A stretch of DNA of 64,000 nt. It comes from Chloroflexota bacterium. Lineage in GTDB: Bacteria > Chloroflexota > Chloroflexia > DAOUBH01. The stretch lies in assembly GCA_034432775.1 (NCBI GenBank), contig DAOUBH010000024.1, forward strand, positions 15,982 to 79,981. Direction: 5' to 3'. Positions 9,582 through 19,366 of this stretch are shown piece after piece. The notes beneath the pieces were generated by a model. It was not told the DNA's origin. It did not search any database and saw nothing but the letters and a program-made list of their open reading frames with translations. The first letter of the stretch is position 1, and each line of letters opens with the position of its first letter. Position numbers and translations under genes: made by a program.

Positions 9582-10823
9582 TTGGAAAAGGTAGTTCTGG
9601 CGTATTCCGGTGGCTTGGATACTTCCGTTGCTATCCGCTGGATAAGGGAGAAGTATGGCGCTGAGGTTGTGACGCTTACGGTGGACCTCGGTGCCATGGA
9701 AAAGGATCTGAGCGAAGTACGCGAAAGGGCACTTCGCATCGGTGCCGTCAAAGCTATAGTGGTGGATGCTAAAGATATCTTTGTGAAATACTTCGTCTGG
9801 CCTGCTCTTCAGGCCAACGCCTTGTATGAGGGCGTCTATCCCCTCGCAACTGCTCTTGGGAGACCCTTGATCGCAAAGCTATTGGTAGATGTAGCGCGGC
9901 AGGAGGGTGCCACGGCTGTGGCGCATGGGAGCACCGGAAAGGGGAACGACCAAGTGCGCTTCGATGTTTCTGTGGCGGCTCTGGCACCCGATCTGAAGAT
10001 CATAGCTCCGGTTCGTGAGTGGGGCATGCGGCGGGACGAAGAGATCGAGTATGCGTATAGGCACAACATTCCAATTCCGGTGACGAAGGAAAGCCCTTAC
10101 AGCATCGACCAAAACCTTTGGGGTAGGAGTATCGAGGCTGGGGTCCTTGAGGACGAGTGGGTCGAACCCCCATCCGAAGTCTTCGCCTGGACGCGGGACC
10201 CATCGCAGACCCCCGACGAGGCTGCGTACGTGGAGATAGAATTCGAGACGGGGATCCCAGTTGCGCTGAATGGTGAGCGGCTAGATGGCGTGACCCTCAT
10301 TGAGCGGCTGAACGAAATCGGAGGACTACATGGTGTTGGAAGGATCGACCACATAGAGAACCGCCTGGTCGGCATCAAGTCGAGGGAGATCTATGAAGCC
10401 CCAGCCGCTGTCATACTCCATAAAGCCCATAAAGATCTTGAGGATCTGACCCTTTCCAAGGACGCGGCCAGGTTCAAGGAGTTGGTGGCCAAAGAATATG
10501 CTGATCTGGTCTACAATGGCCTTTGGTTCAGTTCCTTTCATCGGGACCTGGCGGCCTACGTTGCTAGCTCCCAGAGGTATGTCACGGGTACCGTCAGGGT
10601 GAAACTTCACAAGGGAACAGCGACCGTGGTGGGCCGCAAGAGCCCCTTCTCTCTATACAGACGTTCCCTGGCTACGTACGAAGCCGGAGATACCTTCGAC
10701 CAACGGGCTGCTGTTGGCTTCATCAAGATATGGGGGCTTCCCGTGCGGATCTTTGCCCAGACGCAGCTTCAAGGGCACGCGTCCGACAGGATCTTAAAGT
10801 TAATGGCTGGGGAGGAGGTCTGA
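9582..10823 (+). CDS. argG: Argininosuccinate synthase
   Basis: VVLAYSGGLDTSVAIRWIREKYGAEVV and the rest of the protein are ArgG. TTG start follows RBS TAAGGAGG. Confidence 0.95.
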   Translation: MEKVVLAYSGGLDTSVAIRWIREKYGAEVVTLTVDLGAMEKDLSEVRERALRIGAVKAIVVDAKDIFVKYFVWPALQANALYEGVYPLATALGRPLIAKLLVDVARQEGATAVAHGSTGKGNDQVRFDVSVAALAPDLKIIAPVREWGMRRDEEIEYAYRHNIPIPVTKESPYSIDQNLWGRSIEAGVLEDEWVEPPSEVFAWTRDPSQTPDEAAYVEIEFETGIPVALNGERLDGVTLIERLNEIGGLHGVGRIDHIENRLVGIKSREIYEAPAAVILHKAHKDLEDLTLSKDAARFKELVAKEYADLVYNGLWFSSFHRDLAAYVASSQRYVTGTVRVKLHKGTATVVGRKSPFSLYRRSLATYEAGDTFDQRAAVGFIKIWGLPVRIFAQTQLQGHASDRILKLMAGEEV

Positions 10824-11986
10824 TACCTATCGGTTCTTCCAGTTGTGCCTTTGGTATTTATGTCCATATACCTTTCTGCAGAAGCAAATGTACCTTCTGT
10901 GACTTCAATGCCTATGCAGGCTTAAGAGGCCTCTACGAGGCCTATATTGGGGCACTTTGCCGGGAGATCTTTAATGCTCACTCCGGCATGTGGCCGGAAC
11001 TGGCTACACAGCCTCTTGAGGCTAGGACGGTCTATCTAGGGGGAGGAACGCCTAGTCTCCTCTCATCGACTCAGATTGAGGCCATATTGCACGCTATCAG
11101 AGATCGATTCTGGACCCGCAGCGACATGGAGGTAACTATAGAGGCAAACCCTGGTACGGTCGACCAGAGCTACATGGAGCGTCTGCTTCGACTGGGTGTT
11201 AACAGACTGAGCCTTGGTTTTGAGACACTGGACGATAGGATGTTGCGTCTGTTCCGTCGCGGCCACACCAGTAGGGATTCCTTCGGAGCCTTCCATATGG
11301 CGCGGGCAGCAGGTTTCGACAATGTTAACATTGACCTCATGTATGCCCTCCCTGGACAGACCTTGGAGGACTGGCGCAAGGACCTGGAACAGGTCATCGC
11401 TTTACAGCCCGAGCATGTGTCTGCCTACCAGCTCTCACTACACGAAAACACGGTGCTCTTCAAGCAGGTGGCGCGTGGCCTCGTTCGCCTTCCAGACGAT
11501 GAGCTGAGCGCAGAAATGTACCTCATGGCCTGTGAAATGCTTGGAGCTGCTGGGTATGAGCATTACGAGATCGCCAGCTGGGCTCGTAAACGGTGTCAGC
11601 ATAATCTCATTTATTGGAGAAGAGAGCCATATCTCGGTTTCGGGGCTGGGGCCCATTCGTTTGCGAAAAACGTGAGGTATTGGAATGCCATGCACCCAGC
11701 CGAATACATCCGCAGGGTTATGACAACGGGCCTCGCTGTAGTCGGAAGCGAGAGGGTGGAGGGCGATCTTGCTCTCTCCGAAAAGGCCATGCTAGCTTTA
11801 CGCCTGCGCGATGGCCTTTCCGAGGCTGAGCTTGTCCACGCAAGCTCTGGGCAGCAGTCCCGCATAAGGGAAAGCTTGGAGGCCTTCCGGAGCTTGGCCC
11901 TCGCTGAACGTGGCGGAGACAGATGGAGCCTGACGGAGCGAGGGTGGCTCGTTGCTAATGACTTGTTTGTAAGGCTGCTGCCCTGA
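10820..11986 (+). CDS. hemW: Radical SAM family heme chaperone HemW / coproporphyrinogen-III oxidase-like
   Basis: HIPFCRSKCTFCDF is the CxxxCxxC radical SAM motif at the HemN/HemW N-terminus. No canonical start follows the argG stop, so the start is uncertain (CTG 10820 or ATC 10829 after GGAGGAGG). Confidence 0.8.
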   Translation: MIPIGSSSCAFGIYVHIPFCRSKCTFCDFNAYAGLRGLYEAYIGALCREIFNAHSGMWPELATQPLEARTVYLGGGTPSLLSSTQIEAILHAIRDRFWTRSDMEVTIEANPGTVDQSYMERLLRLGVNRLSLGFETLDDRMLRLFRRGHTSRDSFGAFHMARAAGFDNVNIDLMYALPGQTLEDWRKDLEQVIALQPEHVSAYQLSLHENTVLFKQVARGLVRLPDDELSAEMYLMACEMLGAAGYEHYEIASWARKRCQHNLIYWRREPYLGFGAGAHSFAKNVRYWNAMHPAEYIRRVMTTGLAVVGSERVEGDLALSEKAMLALRLRDGLSEAELVHASSGQQSRIRESLEAFRSLALAERGGDRWSLTERGWLVANDLFVRLLP

Positions 11987-12019
11987 AGTTAACATTAGAT
12001 TTTCCGAAGGACTAGATAT

Positions 12020-12286
12020 ATGGATGCCGTGATGGGTGTTTTTATACGCTTTCTGAGCCTGCTGCTTCAGGTGTTCTGGTGGCTTATCATCGCCAGGGCC
12101 CTTATCTCTTGGTTTGACCCTATGTATCGTAATCCTATATCCCGGTTCCTGTATTCGGTGACCGAACCTATTCTAGCCCCCATCCGATCAGCAATACCAA
12201 TACGCACCTTCATTGACCTGTCGCCCCTCGTTGCGCTACTCTTGATATGGTTCTTGCAGCGAGTACTATCTAGCGTTTCCTATTGA
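12020..12286 (+). CDS. yggT: YggT family membrane protein
   Basis: 88 aa with two TM helices. LIIARALISWFDP matches the YggT/Ycf19 signature. Confidence 0.8.
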   Translation: MDAVMGVFIRFLSLLLQVFWWLIIARALISWFDPMYRNPISRFLYSVTEPILAPIRSAIPIRTFIDLSPLVALLLIWFLQRVLSSVSY

Positions 12287-12331
12287 CCAGCCCGAAATGC
12301 CCCGGCTTGCCTCTTGTCTATGTTTTCTTGG

Positions 12332-13063
12332 TCAGACTTGTAGCAAGTCCGAAAGTGCGACCTGCCGTTGGGCTCCCGAAGACAACTTGAGTGTCGCCCT
12401 GCGACGCAGAAGACTGATCTGTACCAGTGTCGCAGCGCCGTAGGGCGTAGGTACGTCCCGGCCCAGATTTCCCATCAACTTCACCAGAGGGGTATCGAGC
12501 TCTACCTTCCAGCTCGCGGGTACGACCACATTTGTCGACATATCCCATGTCCCTTCGGCTAAACTGGGCGTTGCCACGGAAAGAGAGGTGTCAGGGGGAA
12601 TTTGGGCGAGGTCTGAGGGATTTGGGGGCGACGGAAGCAGCACGATGGACGATCTAAGAGTTACGGAGAGGGCAAGTCTTATCTGTTCGCTGACCTGCGG
12701 CGCATCCCTACTAACTACAACTACGTATCTGCCGACAGGATCGGAAAAGGCGGTCTCTATCTTCAACGATGTCCCAGCTCTGGCGGCAGCATCCCTCACC
12801 CTTGAGAGCAGCTCATCTGGAGTTACAGAGGCCAGCTCCAACCACGATACGGGTCGAGCTATTTCCGGGAGTTGAACATTTGGGTTGCAGCGTACGATAC
12901 CAATACCAGCTGCCGCCACGCGGGCCAGCAACGCCCTTCCACCTGTTTGGAGGAGCACTATTTGATTGCGTCGAGGGGTCGACACACGGCAAGCACACAG
13001 GCTGAGGTGACCTTTGGCTTGCCATTCAACTAAGGCGGCCTGGATCTCAGCTAAGCCGTTCAT
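12332..13063 (-). CDS. Hypothetical protein
   Basis: 243-aa ORF that overlaps the holB stop, so it appears co-transcribed. No motif recognised. Confidence 0.45.
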   Translation of the reverse strand: MNGLAEIQAALVEWQAKGHLSLCACRVSTPRRNQIVLLQTGGRALLARVAAAGIGIVRCNPNVQLPEIARPVSWLELASVTPDELLSRVRDAAARAGTSLKIETAFSDPVGRYVVVVSRDAPQVSEQIRLALSVTLRSSIVLLPSPPNPSDLAQIPPDTSLSVATPSLAEGTWDMSTNVVVPASWKVELDTPLVKLMGNLGRDVPTPYGAATLVQISLLRRRATLKLSSGAQRQVALSDLLQV

Positions 13064-14016
13064 GGGAGTTCCAGGGCTGTAGCCTCTAGGGCTAACCTGA
13101 TGTTGACGTTAAACTGTAGGCGTCGTTGTAGAGTCTGTAGTGCCTTCAGAGCCTTGTGATAGGAGTGAAGGTGTTTGCTATCCCCCTCGGCCAGGCTAGT
13201 GGTTAAAGCCTCCTTCCACCATTGGGTGAATATATCTAGATCGTCCATTAAGGTCCACTTTCCTGTCGCGCGGTACCTATTGGCTAGCTCGGCAGCTGCC
13301 ACGAACCTCTCGAGGAGCCCTGGCGCTGCCAGACCCTTCCATGTTTCCAGCACTTCCCTTCTGGCTTCGACAAGCGAAGGTTCGCTCAACGCTGCTAACG
13401 CCCATCCCGGTCTGCCGTAGGAAAGTCTGGCCAGCTCCTCGGCGCGGGCCGGGTCACATCCTGCCTCGATGAGCCCTTCCCCGATCTGGCCAGCCGGTAC
13501 AGTGGAAAACCGTATCTCTTGGCACCTAGATGACACGGTTTCAGGCAGAGACGAAGCACTGGGAGCGATGAGAACCAAGGTCGTGTAGGCTGATGGCTCT
13601 TCGAGCGTTTTGAGGAGGGCGTTTGCCGCCTCCGAAGTCATCCGGTGGGCATCGTCGATGATGATGAAACGCCGCCTGCTGGTTCCCGGGCGGAGTGATG
13701 CCAGATTGCGGATTTCTCTGGCCACATCGATACCTATTCTGGAAGATTCGCCAGGGCCAACTAGGGTGACGTCTGGATGTGCCCCGGGGATAAGCCGACA
13801 TGATCGGCAGTGGCCGCAGAAATCGTAGGCGCGCCTTGCTTGGGCCAAGCAGTTCGATGTCTTGGCCACAGCAATGGCAACAGCACGCCGGCCCACGCGG
13901 CTGGGGCCGGAGAAAAGATACGCGTGGGCGAGACGGTTCGTTTCCAGTGCCCCAGCGAGGGCCCTTTGCGCTGGTTCATTGCCGATGATCTTCCACTCAG
14001 GACGGAGCAGGCTCAC
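13060..14016 (-). CDS. holB: DNA polymerase III delta-prime subunit
   Basis: AYLFSGPSRVGRRAVAIA.., the CGHCRSC zinc module, FIIIDDAHRMT and LLKTLEEP are HolB/clamp-loader motifs. Confidence 0.85.
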   Translation of the reverse strand: MSLLRPEWKIIGNEPAQRALAGALETNRLAHAYLFSGPSRVGRRAVAIAVAKTSNCLAQARRAYDFCGHCRSCRLIPGAHPDVTLVGPGESSRIGIDVAREIRNLASLRPGTSRRRFIIIDDAHRMTSEAANALLKTLEEPSAYTTLVLIAPSASSLPETVSSRCQEIRFSTVPAGQIGEGLIEAGCDPARAEELARLSYGRPGWALAALSEPSLVEARREVLETWKGLAAPGLLERFVAAAELANRYRATGKWTLMDDLDIFTQWWKEALTTSLAEGDSKHLHSYHKALKALQTLQRRLQFNVNIRLALEATALELP

Positions 14017-14413
14017 TGAGCACTATCGCTTCTGCTCCCGCCCGTATTTCGTCGGGCAGAAGTACGTAAAGCCCCCGGGCATCTGCTATCACGCTGCCAT
14101 CTAAAAGACATGCTTGACCGGCCAGGTCGAGGAACTTTCCCCGTCTCCGTACAATCCATCCCTCGAAACGGATGGTCTGGCCTATCGGGGCGGGTTTTCT
14201 AAATCTTATCTCCACTTTTGCAGTAAACACCCATTCCTGGACCAAATATGCTGCCCTACCGACAGTTTCGTCGAGAAGGGCTCCCAAGATACCCCCATGC
14301 AGTACGCCTGGATATCCCTGATGCTCTGGGCCTGGAGTGAAGGTACACCAGACCTTTCGACCGTCGTCCATGAAGTCGACTTTCAGGCCTATCGGGTTGT
14401 CCCATCCACACAC
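13997..14413 (-). CDS. PaaI-family hotdog-fold acyl-CoA thioesterase
   Basis: GVLHGGILGALLDETVGRAAYL matches the PaaI/YbgC-like thioesterase motif. Confidence 0.75.
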   Translation of the reverse strand: MCGWDNPIGLKVDFMDDGRKVWCTFTPGPEHQGYPGVLHGGILGALLDETVGRAAYLVQEWVFTAKVEIRFRKPAPIGQTIRFEGWIVRRRGKFLDLAGQACLLDGSVIADARGLYVLLPDEIRAGAEAIVLSEPAPS

Positions 14414-14423
14414 AAAGCAGTGT

Positions 14424-15197
14424 CTATACCTTGGCTGCTTTCTTTGCCTGTCGTTCAGGTATCACCTCCACAGGATTAGCCATGCACTGCCTCAGAAGCT
14501 CTTGGAGCCTAGCCTGGGTCTCAGCGGGCAGAGCGGATCCCTTGGAACGTTGCAGCATTCCCCTAAGGCCCTTAGGTGTTGTGACCGGGTAGGGCGGTGA
14601 ATCTACCCGCACTAGTCTAGCCTTGGGGGAAGTAAAGACGACAGTTCCATGAACGGGGCATGATAGCTCGTGGGCCTGTAACCAGGCCCTGAACGCCTCC
14701 AAACGCTTGCTCAGATCTGCGAAAGGATTGCCTAGGGCACGCTGACCCGATCCAAAGATCCGCCTTAGCACACCCATACGCTGTCGCCACTGCCTGCCAT
14801 CGAACTCGAATTCTCCCTCCTGTTCGCGGGCCTCTACGATAGTTATGCCCCCAGGCCCTGAGATGACATGCTCTAAGAGGACACCCCCTGGCAACTCCAC
14901 AAAATTAAAGAGCATGAATTGGTCCCGTAGGCCCCTGAGCTCCCTGTAGAGTACCTCGTCTCCTCGTGGAGACGCCCGCCACTTGCGGAGCTCGTAGATC
15001 CCGGAGTTGAACAGGATCAGACCTGCGAAGAGGACTACATAGAAAGCTATGATTAGGTACTGGAAACTTGTCGGAAGATAAGAGGTTACAAGGGGCCCGG
15101 CCACAGCAACGGCCATTAGCGCCACGCCCAGGCCAAGCATAACCTTCGAGCTGCGTACCTTCTTAGTTATGATAGCCTGATCGGAAACTGCCTGCAC
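14424..15197 (-). CDS. NERD (nuclease-related domain) protein with N-terminal transmembrane segments
   Basis: Two N-terminal TM helices. EHVISGPGGITIVEAREQEGEFEFD resembles the NERD core. Confidence 0.6.
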   Translation of the reverse strand: MQAVSDQAIITKKVRSSKVMLGLGVALMAVAVAGPLVTSYLPTSFQYLIIAFYVVLFAGLILFNSGIYELRKWRASPRGDEVLYRELRGLRDQFMLFNFVELPGGVLLEHVISGPGGITIVEAREQEGEFEFDGRQWRQRMGVLRRIFGSGQRALGNPFADLSKRLEAFRAWLQAHELSCPVHGTVVFTSPKARLVRVDSPPYPVTTPKGLRGMLQRSKGSALPAETQARLQELLRQCMANPVEVIPERQAKKAAKV

Positions 15198-15216
15198 CCC
15201 TTATACCTCAAACCGT

Positions 15217-16656
15217 TCAAGGTTCGAACCGCCTCAGCACAAGACAGGCGTTCTGACCGCCGAAACCGAAGGAGTTGGACACGGCAGCACGCACCGTCAT
15301 CGATCTTGCCTCGTTGGGAACGTAGTCGAGATCGCATTCAGGATCGGGGTGTCGGAGGTTAATGGTGGGATGCACTATTCCCTTATGTATAGTGAGTGCC
15401 GTCGCCACCGCTTCCACGCCCCCAGCACCTCCCAGGAGATGGCCTATCATGGACTTGGTCGAACTTATGGCCAGTTTGTAGGCATGATCGCCGAACACCC
15501 TTTTTATGGCCTTTGTCTCGACCACGTCGTTCAACGGCGTGCCGGTGCCATGGGCATTTATGTAGTCGATCTCTTCTGGCTTCAGGCCTGCATCTACCAG
15601 CGCCAGCGCCATTGCCTGGCTAGCGCCGTCTCCGTCGGGATCAGGTGCCGTTACGTGATAGGCGTCGGAGCTGCTGGCGTATCCCACGACTTCAGCGTAG
15701 ATGTGCGCACCCCTGGCCAAGGCACGGTCTAGCTCCTCAAGAACTAGCACCCCTGCACCCTCACCGGGTACAAAGCCGTTACGGGTGGCGTCGAAAGGTC
15801 TAGAAGACCGGGGAGGGTCGTCGTTGTGGGTACTCAGGGCCCGCATGACTGAGAAACCGGCCAAACCCAGCTCGCAGATAGGGGCCTCAGAGCCACCCGA
15901 GATGACGATGTCAGCATCGCCACGACGGATGGCCTCGTATGCTTCACCGATGGACTGGGTCGAGGCTGCACACGCAGTGGTTATGGTAGAGTTGTAGCCC
16001 TTCACCCCCAATTGGATGGATACCTGGCAAGCAGGCATGTTCGGTAACACTATAGGTACGAAGAAAGGACTCAACCTCATGCCGCCCTTCGCAAGCATGA
16101 GTCGTGCACCTGCCTCGGTCTCGGGAAAGGCTGTGGTACCAGTGCCGAGGATCACCCCGATCGTTGTGGGGTCTTCCGCCGAGAGATCGAGGCCAGCGTC
16201 CTCCACTGCCATCTTCGCCGCGGCAACGGCAAACTGGGTTGCCCGCGACATCCGTCGGGCTTCCTTGGCGTCGATGAACTGGAGTGGATCGAAGCCGCGG
16301 ACCTCGCCAGCTACCTGACACGGATAGTTGGAGGGGTCTGTCAGGGTCATTCTGTCAATACCCGAACGTCCTTCAATGAGCCCCTCCCAAAAGGGCGCGA
16401 GACCTATTCCCAAGGGCGTAACGGCACCCATGCCAGTGATTACAACACGTCGTGGCTTGGTGCGTTTCGCACTGGCCCTAAAGGCCAGCATACGGGCCAG
16501 CTGGTCGACGGTCTCCTCAAGTAAAGCCAACTGTTCTTCTGTCAGCTCTGCCGTCGACAGCATAATGCCGTAGCGGACTAACCTGTCTGAAAGACTTCTA
16601 GGTACGCGATGCAGATCCACACCGACATTACTCCCCAAGGTTTGATGTGAAAACAA
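15217..16656 (-). CDS. fabF: 3-oxoacyl-ACP synthase II (KAS II); N-terminal start uncertain
   Basis: RRVVITGMGAVTPLG, active-site context TACAAS and two HGTGT-type histidines. The ORF carries a ~60-aa N-terminal extension. Alternative starts: ATG 16563 or ATG 16491. Confidence 0.9.
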   Translation of the reverse strand: MFSHQTLGSNVGVDLHRVPRSLSDRLVRYGIMLSTAELTEEQLALLEETVDQLARMLAFRASAKRTKPRRVVITGMGAVTPLGIGLAPFWEGLIEGRSGIDRMTLTDPSNYPCQVAGEVRGFDPLQFIDAKEARRMSRATQFAVAAAKMAVEDAGLDLSAEDPTTIGVILGTGTTAFPETEAGARLMLAKGGMRLSPFFVPIVLPNMPACQVSIQLGVKGYNSTITTACAASTQSIGEAYEAIRRGDADIVISGGSEAPICELGLAGFSVMRALSTHNDDPPRSSRPFDATRNGFVPGEGAGVLVLEELDRALARGAHIYAEVVGYASSSDAYHVTAPDPDGDGASQAMALALVDAGLKPEEIDYINAHGTGTPLNDVVETKAIKRVFGDHAYKLAISSTKSMIGHLLGGAGGVEAVATALTIHKGIVHPTINLRHPDPECDLDYVPNEARSMTVRAAVSNSFGFGGQNACLVLRRFEP

Positions 16657-16660
16657 CGCC

Positions 16661-16711
16661 GTGCTAAACTGGCATTGTGCCTCTCCAGTCTTCAGAAGGT
16701 TAGTTTAGCAC
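16661..16711. promoter_or_regulatory. Perfect 10-bp inverted repeat (GTGCTAAACT ... AGTTTAGCAC, 31-nt spacer) in fabF / GT2-operon divergent region
   Basis: Arms at 16661-16670 and 16702-16711 are perfect reverse complements. Candidate operator or RNA hairpin. Confidence 0.3.
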
Positions 16712-16720
16712 ACGGCAGCA

Positions 16721-17656
16721 ATGGCATCAAACAATCTAGCCTCAATGCGACTCACTGTCGTTTATGTGAACTTTAACGCTACGGACTATTTGCTTCGCTC
16801 TCTGTCGTCACTGCGCGACGAGCTCAGTTCGTGCGCCGACCTGCTTTCGGGCTTCGACGTAACTGTCGTCGACAATGGGTCTGCACGTGGGTCTTTGAGG
16901 GCCCTTCAACGGCTGGGGGAAGTCAAAGTTGTTACCCTTGATCGAAATGTAGGTTTCGCAGCAGCTAACAACCTTGCCTTCAAGATGTTTCCAGCAGATT
17001 TGTACCTCCTACTCAATCCCGACATCGTCCTTCTGCCAGGCTGCCTACGTTCCCTGCTGGATCTTGCGAGGCGAGAAGGTGTGGCCGTCTCGGCGCCACT
17101 GCTGCTTAACCCCGATGGGTCGCTTCAATCGGCAGGCTACCGCTTTCCCACGCTAGTCACCAGTCTTATAGAAGCCTTTCCGGTATCCGGGCGCATCTAT
17201 AACTCTAGGCTCAACGGTAGAGCTAGAATCGCCAGGGCACCATACGAGGTGGATTATGTGCTGGGAGCTGTCATGCTGGTTAACCGTCGCGCCGTGGATC
17301 ACGTTGGGTTAATGGACGAGGGTTACTTCATGTACAGCGAGGAGGTAGACTGGTGTCACCGTTTCCGCATTTGTGGCTGGAAGGTGATGGTCCATCCCAA
17401 AAGTGCAGCCATACACTTTGGTGGCGCGAGCACCGGACAAAGGCCCCAGGAAATGTGGTATTACTTGCAGAGGAGCCGGTACCTTTACTATTCCAAGTAT
17501 TATCCCGGCGGGTTCGTGGAAGGACACCGCTGGATCACCAGAATCGGTACTCTGCGCTTAGCGCTAGCAACCTGGCTTCGTTGGAAAAGGGGGATCGTTA
17601 ACATGGAGGAAAGGGATAGACTCTGGCGACTTTACGGCCAAGTCTTCAGGTTATGA
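16721..17656 (+). CDS. Glycosyltransferase family 2
   Basis: N-terminal VVYVNFN..VVDNGS and a DxD-type GT-A fold pattern. 311 aa. Confidence 0.8.
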   Translation: MASNNLASMRLTVVYVNFNATDYLLRSLSSLRDELSSCADLLSGFDVTVVDNGSARGSLRALQRLGEVKVVTLDRNVGFAAANNLAFKMFPADLYLLLNPDIVLLPGCLRSLLDLARREGVAVSAPLLLNPDGSLQSAGYRFPTLVTSLIEAFPVSGRIYNSRLNGRARIARAPYEVDYVLGAVMLVNRRAVDHVGLMDEGYFMYSEEVDWCHRFRICGWKVMVHPKSAAIHFGGASTGQRPQEMWYYLQRSRYLYYSKYYPGGFVEGHRWITRIGTLRLALATWLRWKRGIVNMEERDRLWRLYGQVFRL

Positions 17657-18408
17657 GGGACCTTCTAACGGTTGTAGTTCTCGCCAAGAACTCCGAGCGT
17701 ACCCTGGGCCTGTGTCTCCACTCATTGCTTCCTCTAGGCGCCACAATGTTGGTTGTCGATGCAGGCAGTACTGACAGAACCGCGCAGGTTGCACGCGAGC
17801 TTGGGGCGGAGGTAGTGTACCATCCCTTTGCAGACTTCGCTTCCCAAAGAAACTGGGCTCTCGGCCTGGTCAGGACCCCGTGGGTGCTATTCGTTGACTC
17901 CGATGAAGAGGTCACAGTCCATCTCGCAGAAGAGATCCAGGAAGCTGTGCGCGCTACCGAGGTTGCGGGCTGGTGGATCCCGCGGAAGAACATCATATTG
18001 GGAAGGTGGGTGAAATACGCAGGATGGTACCCGGACTATCAGCTGAGGCTCTTCCGAGTGGATCGGGGCCGCTTTGACGAGCGTCGGCCTGTCCATGAAC
18101 TTGTGCAGCTCGATGGCCGGACAGGAAAACTTTCGTCTCTGCTTGTCCACAGAAACTATGACAGTTTACGGCAGCTTGTGGCCAAGCAGCGGTTCTATGC
18201 TGTTCTTGCGGCGCGGACGCTTCACTATTCGGGTTATCGACCCCGGCTAAGGAGCCTCCTGGGAATGCCTCCAAGGGAGTTTTGGCGACGGTACGTAACT
18301 TTGAAGGGTTATAAGGAGGGTCTCGTAGGCCTAGTTTTGGCTTCCGTCATGGCCTGGGCCGAGTTTCTCACGCATATGTATCTACTCAGAGGCCATGGGA
18401 GACACTAG
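17653..18408 (+). CDS. Glycosyltransferase family 2 (short form)
   Basis: LTVVVLAKNSERTL...VVDAGSTDRT...VDSDE. Overlaps its neighbours by 4 and 14 nt, suggesting an operon. Confidence 0.75.
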   Translation: MRDLLTVVVLAKNSERTLGLCLHSLLPLGATMLVVDAGSTDRTAQVARELGAEVVYHPFADFASQRNWALGLVRTPWVLFVDSDEEVTVHLAEEIQEAVRATEVAGWWIPRKNIILGRWVKYAGWYPDYQLRLFRVDRGRFDERRPVHELVQLDGRTGKLSSLLVHRNYDSLRQLVAKQRFYAVLAARTLHYSGYRPRLRSLLGMPPREFWRRYVTLKGYKEGLVGLVLASVMAWAEFLTHMYLLRGHGRH

Positions 18409-19366
18409 CGTAGTGGTCGTCAATTGGAATTCAGGCCCGTATCTGGCCCGATGCCTCTCTTCCCTGAGAGGTCAGCAGGGGCTGTCAGAGATAATCGTGG
18501 TCGACAATGCCTCCACAGACGACAGTCTGTGGCTGGCGCGTTCGCTCAAAGACGTTCGCTTTATAGAAATGGGTAGTAACGCGGGCTACGCCTCCGCTGT
18601 AAACGTAGGGCTAAGCGCAAGCAGGGGGCCATACATCGTTTTGTCTAATCCCGATGTAACGTTCTGCGAAGGTTCGATTCTGGCGATGGCCCAGGTCATG
18701 GATAGGTTGCCCTTGGTAGGTATGGTAGGACCTATGTTAGTGAGCCCCGATGGGTCGTACCAACCCTCCGTGCGGCGATTTCCCCACCCAATTTTGTGGG
18801 CTTTCGACGGTACTGTACTGGCAGACCTATGGCCCAACAACCCGTGGCGCAGGTGGTTCCTGGGTTACGATCGCCGTCAGGATCAGGGTGGTCCGGTAGA
18901 TTGGCTCAGTGGGGCTGTCCTAGCAGTGCGCCGGCGGGCGGTCGAAGATGCAGGCGGCATGGATGAGCGCTACTTTATGTATTCGGAGGAGCTCGACTGG
19001 TGCGTGAGGCTCCATCGGCGAGGTTGGCTGGTCTGGTACGAGCCGACGGCAAAGGTTGTCCACTGGGGTCAGATAAGTAGCTCCCAAGTACCGGTCGAGA
19101 CCCACTTGAGGTATCAGGCGAGTCGCCTCAGATACCTTGCCACTTATCACGGCAAAGGATGCGCCCAGCTCTTTTCGTTTCTACTTTATGTAGACTACAG
19201 TGTCCGTCTAGCCCTGGAAGCGACCAAATGGGCCCTAGGGCACCGGCGAGATCTGAGGCGGTACAAGATGCTTCTTTACTGGCAAGTGCTGGTGTCGGCT
19301 TTACTACGGGGTTGGCATCCATCGATAGAGCGGCCCTCTAAGTCAGCGCAGGGGAGCCAAGCTTGA
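18395..19366 (+). CDS. Glycosyltransferase family 2
   Basis: SVVVVNWNSGPYL...IIVVDNASTDDS matches the GT2 pattern (rhamnosyltransferase-like). Confidence 0.8.
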   Translation: MGDTSVVVVNWNSGPYLARCLSSLRGQQGLSEIIVVDNASTDDSLWLARSLKDVRFIEMGSNAGYASAVNVGLSASRGPYIVLSNPDVTFCEGSILAMAQVMDRLPLVGMVGPMLVSPDGSYQPSVRRFPHPILWAFDGTVLADLWPNNPWRRWFLGYDRRQDQGGPVDWLSGAVLAVRRRAVEDAGGMDERYFMYSEELDWCVRLHRRGWLVWYEPTAKVVHWGQISSSQVPVETHLRYQASRLRYLATYHGKGCAQLFSFLLYVDYSVRLALEATKWALGHRRDLRRYKMLLYWQVLVSALLRGWHPSIERPSKSAQGSQA

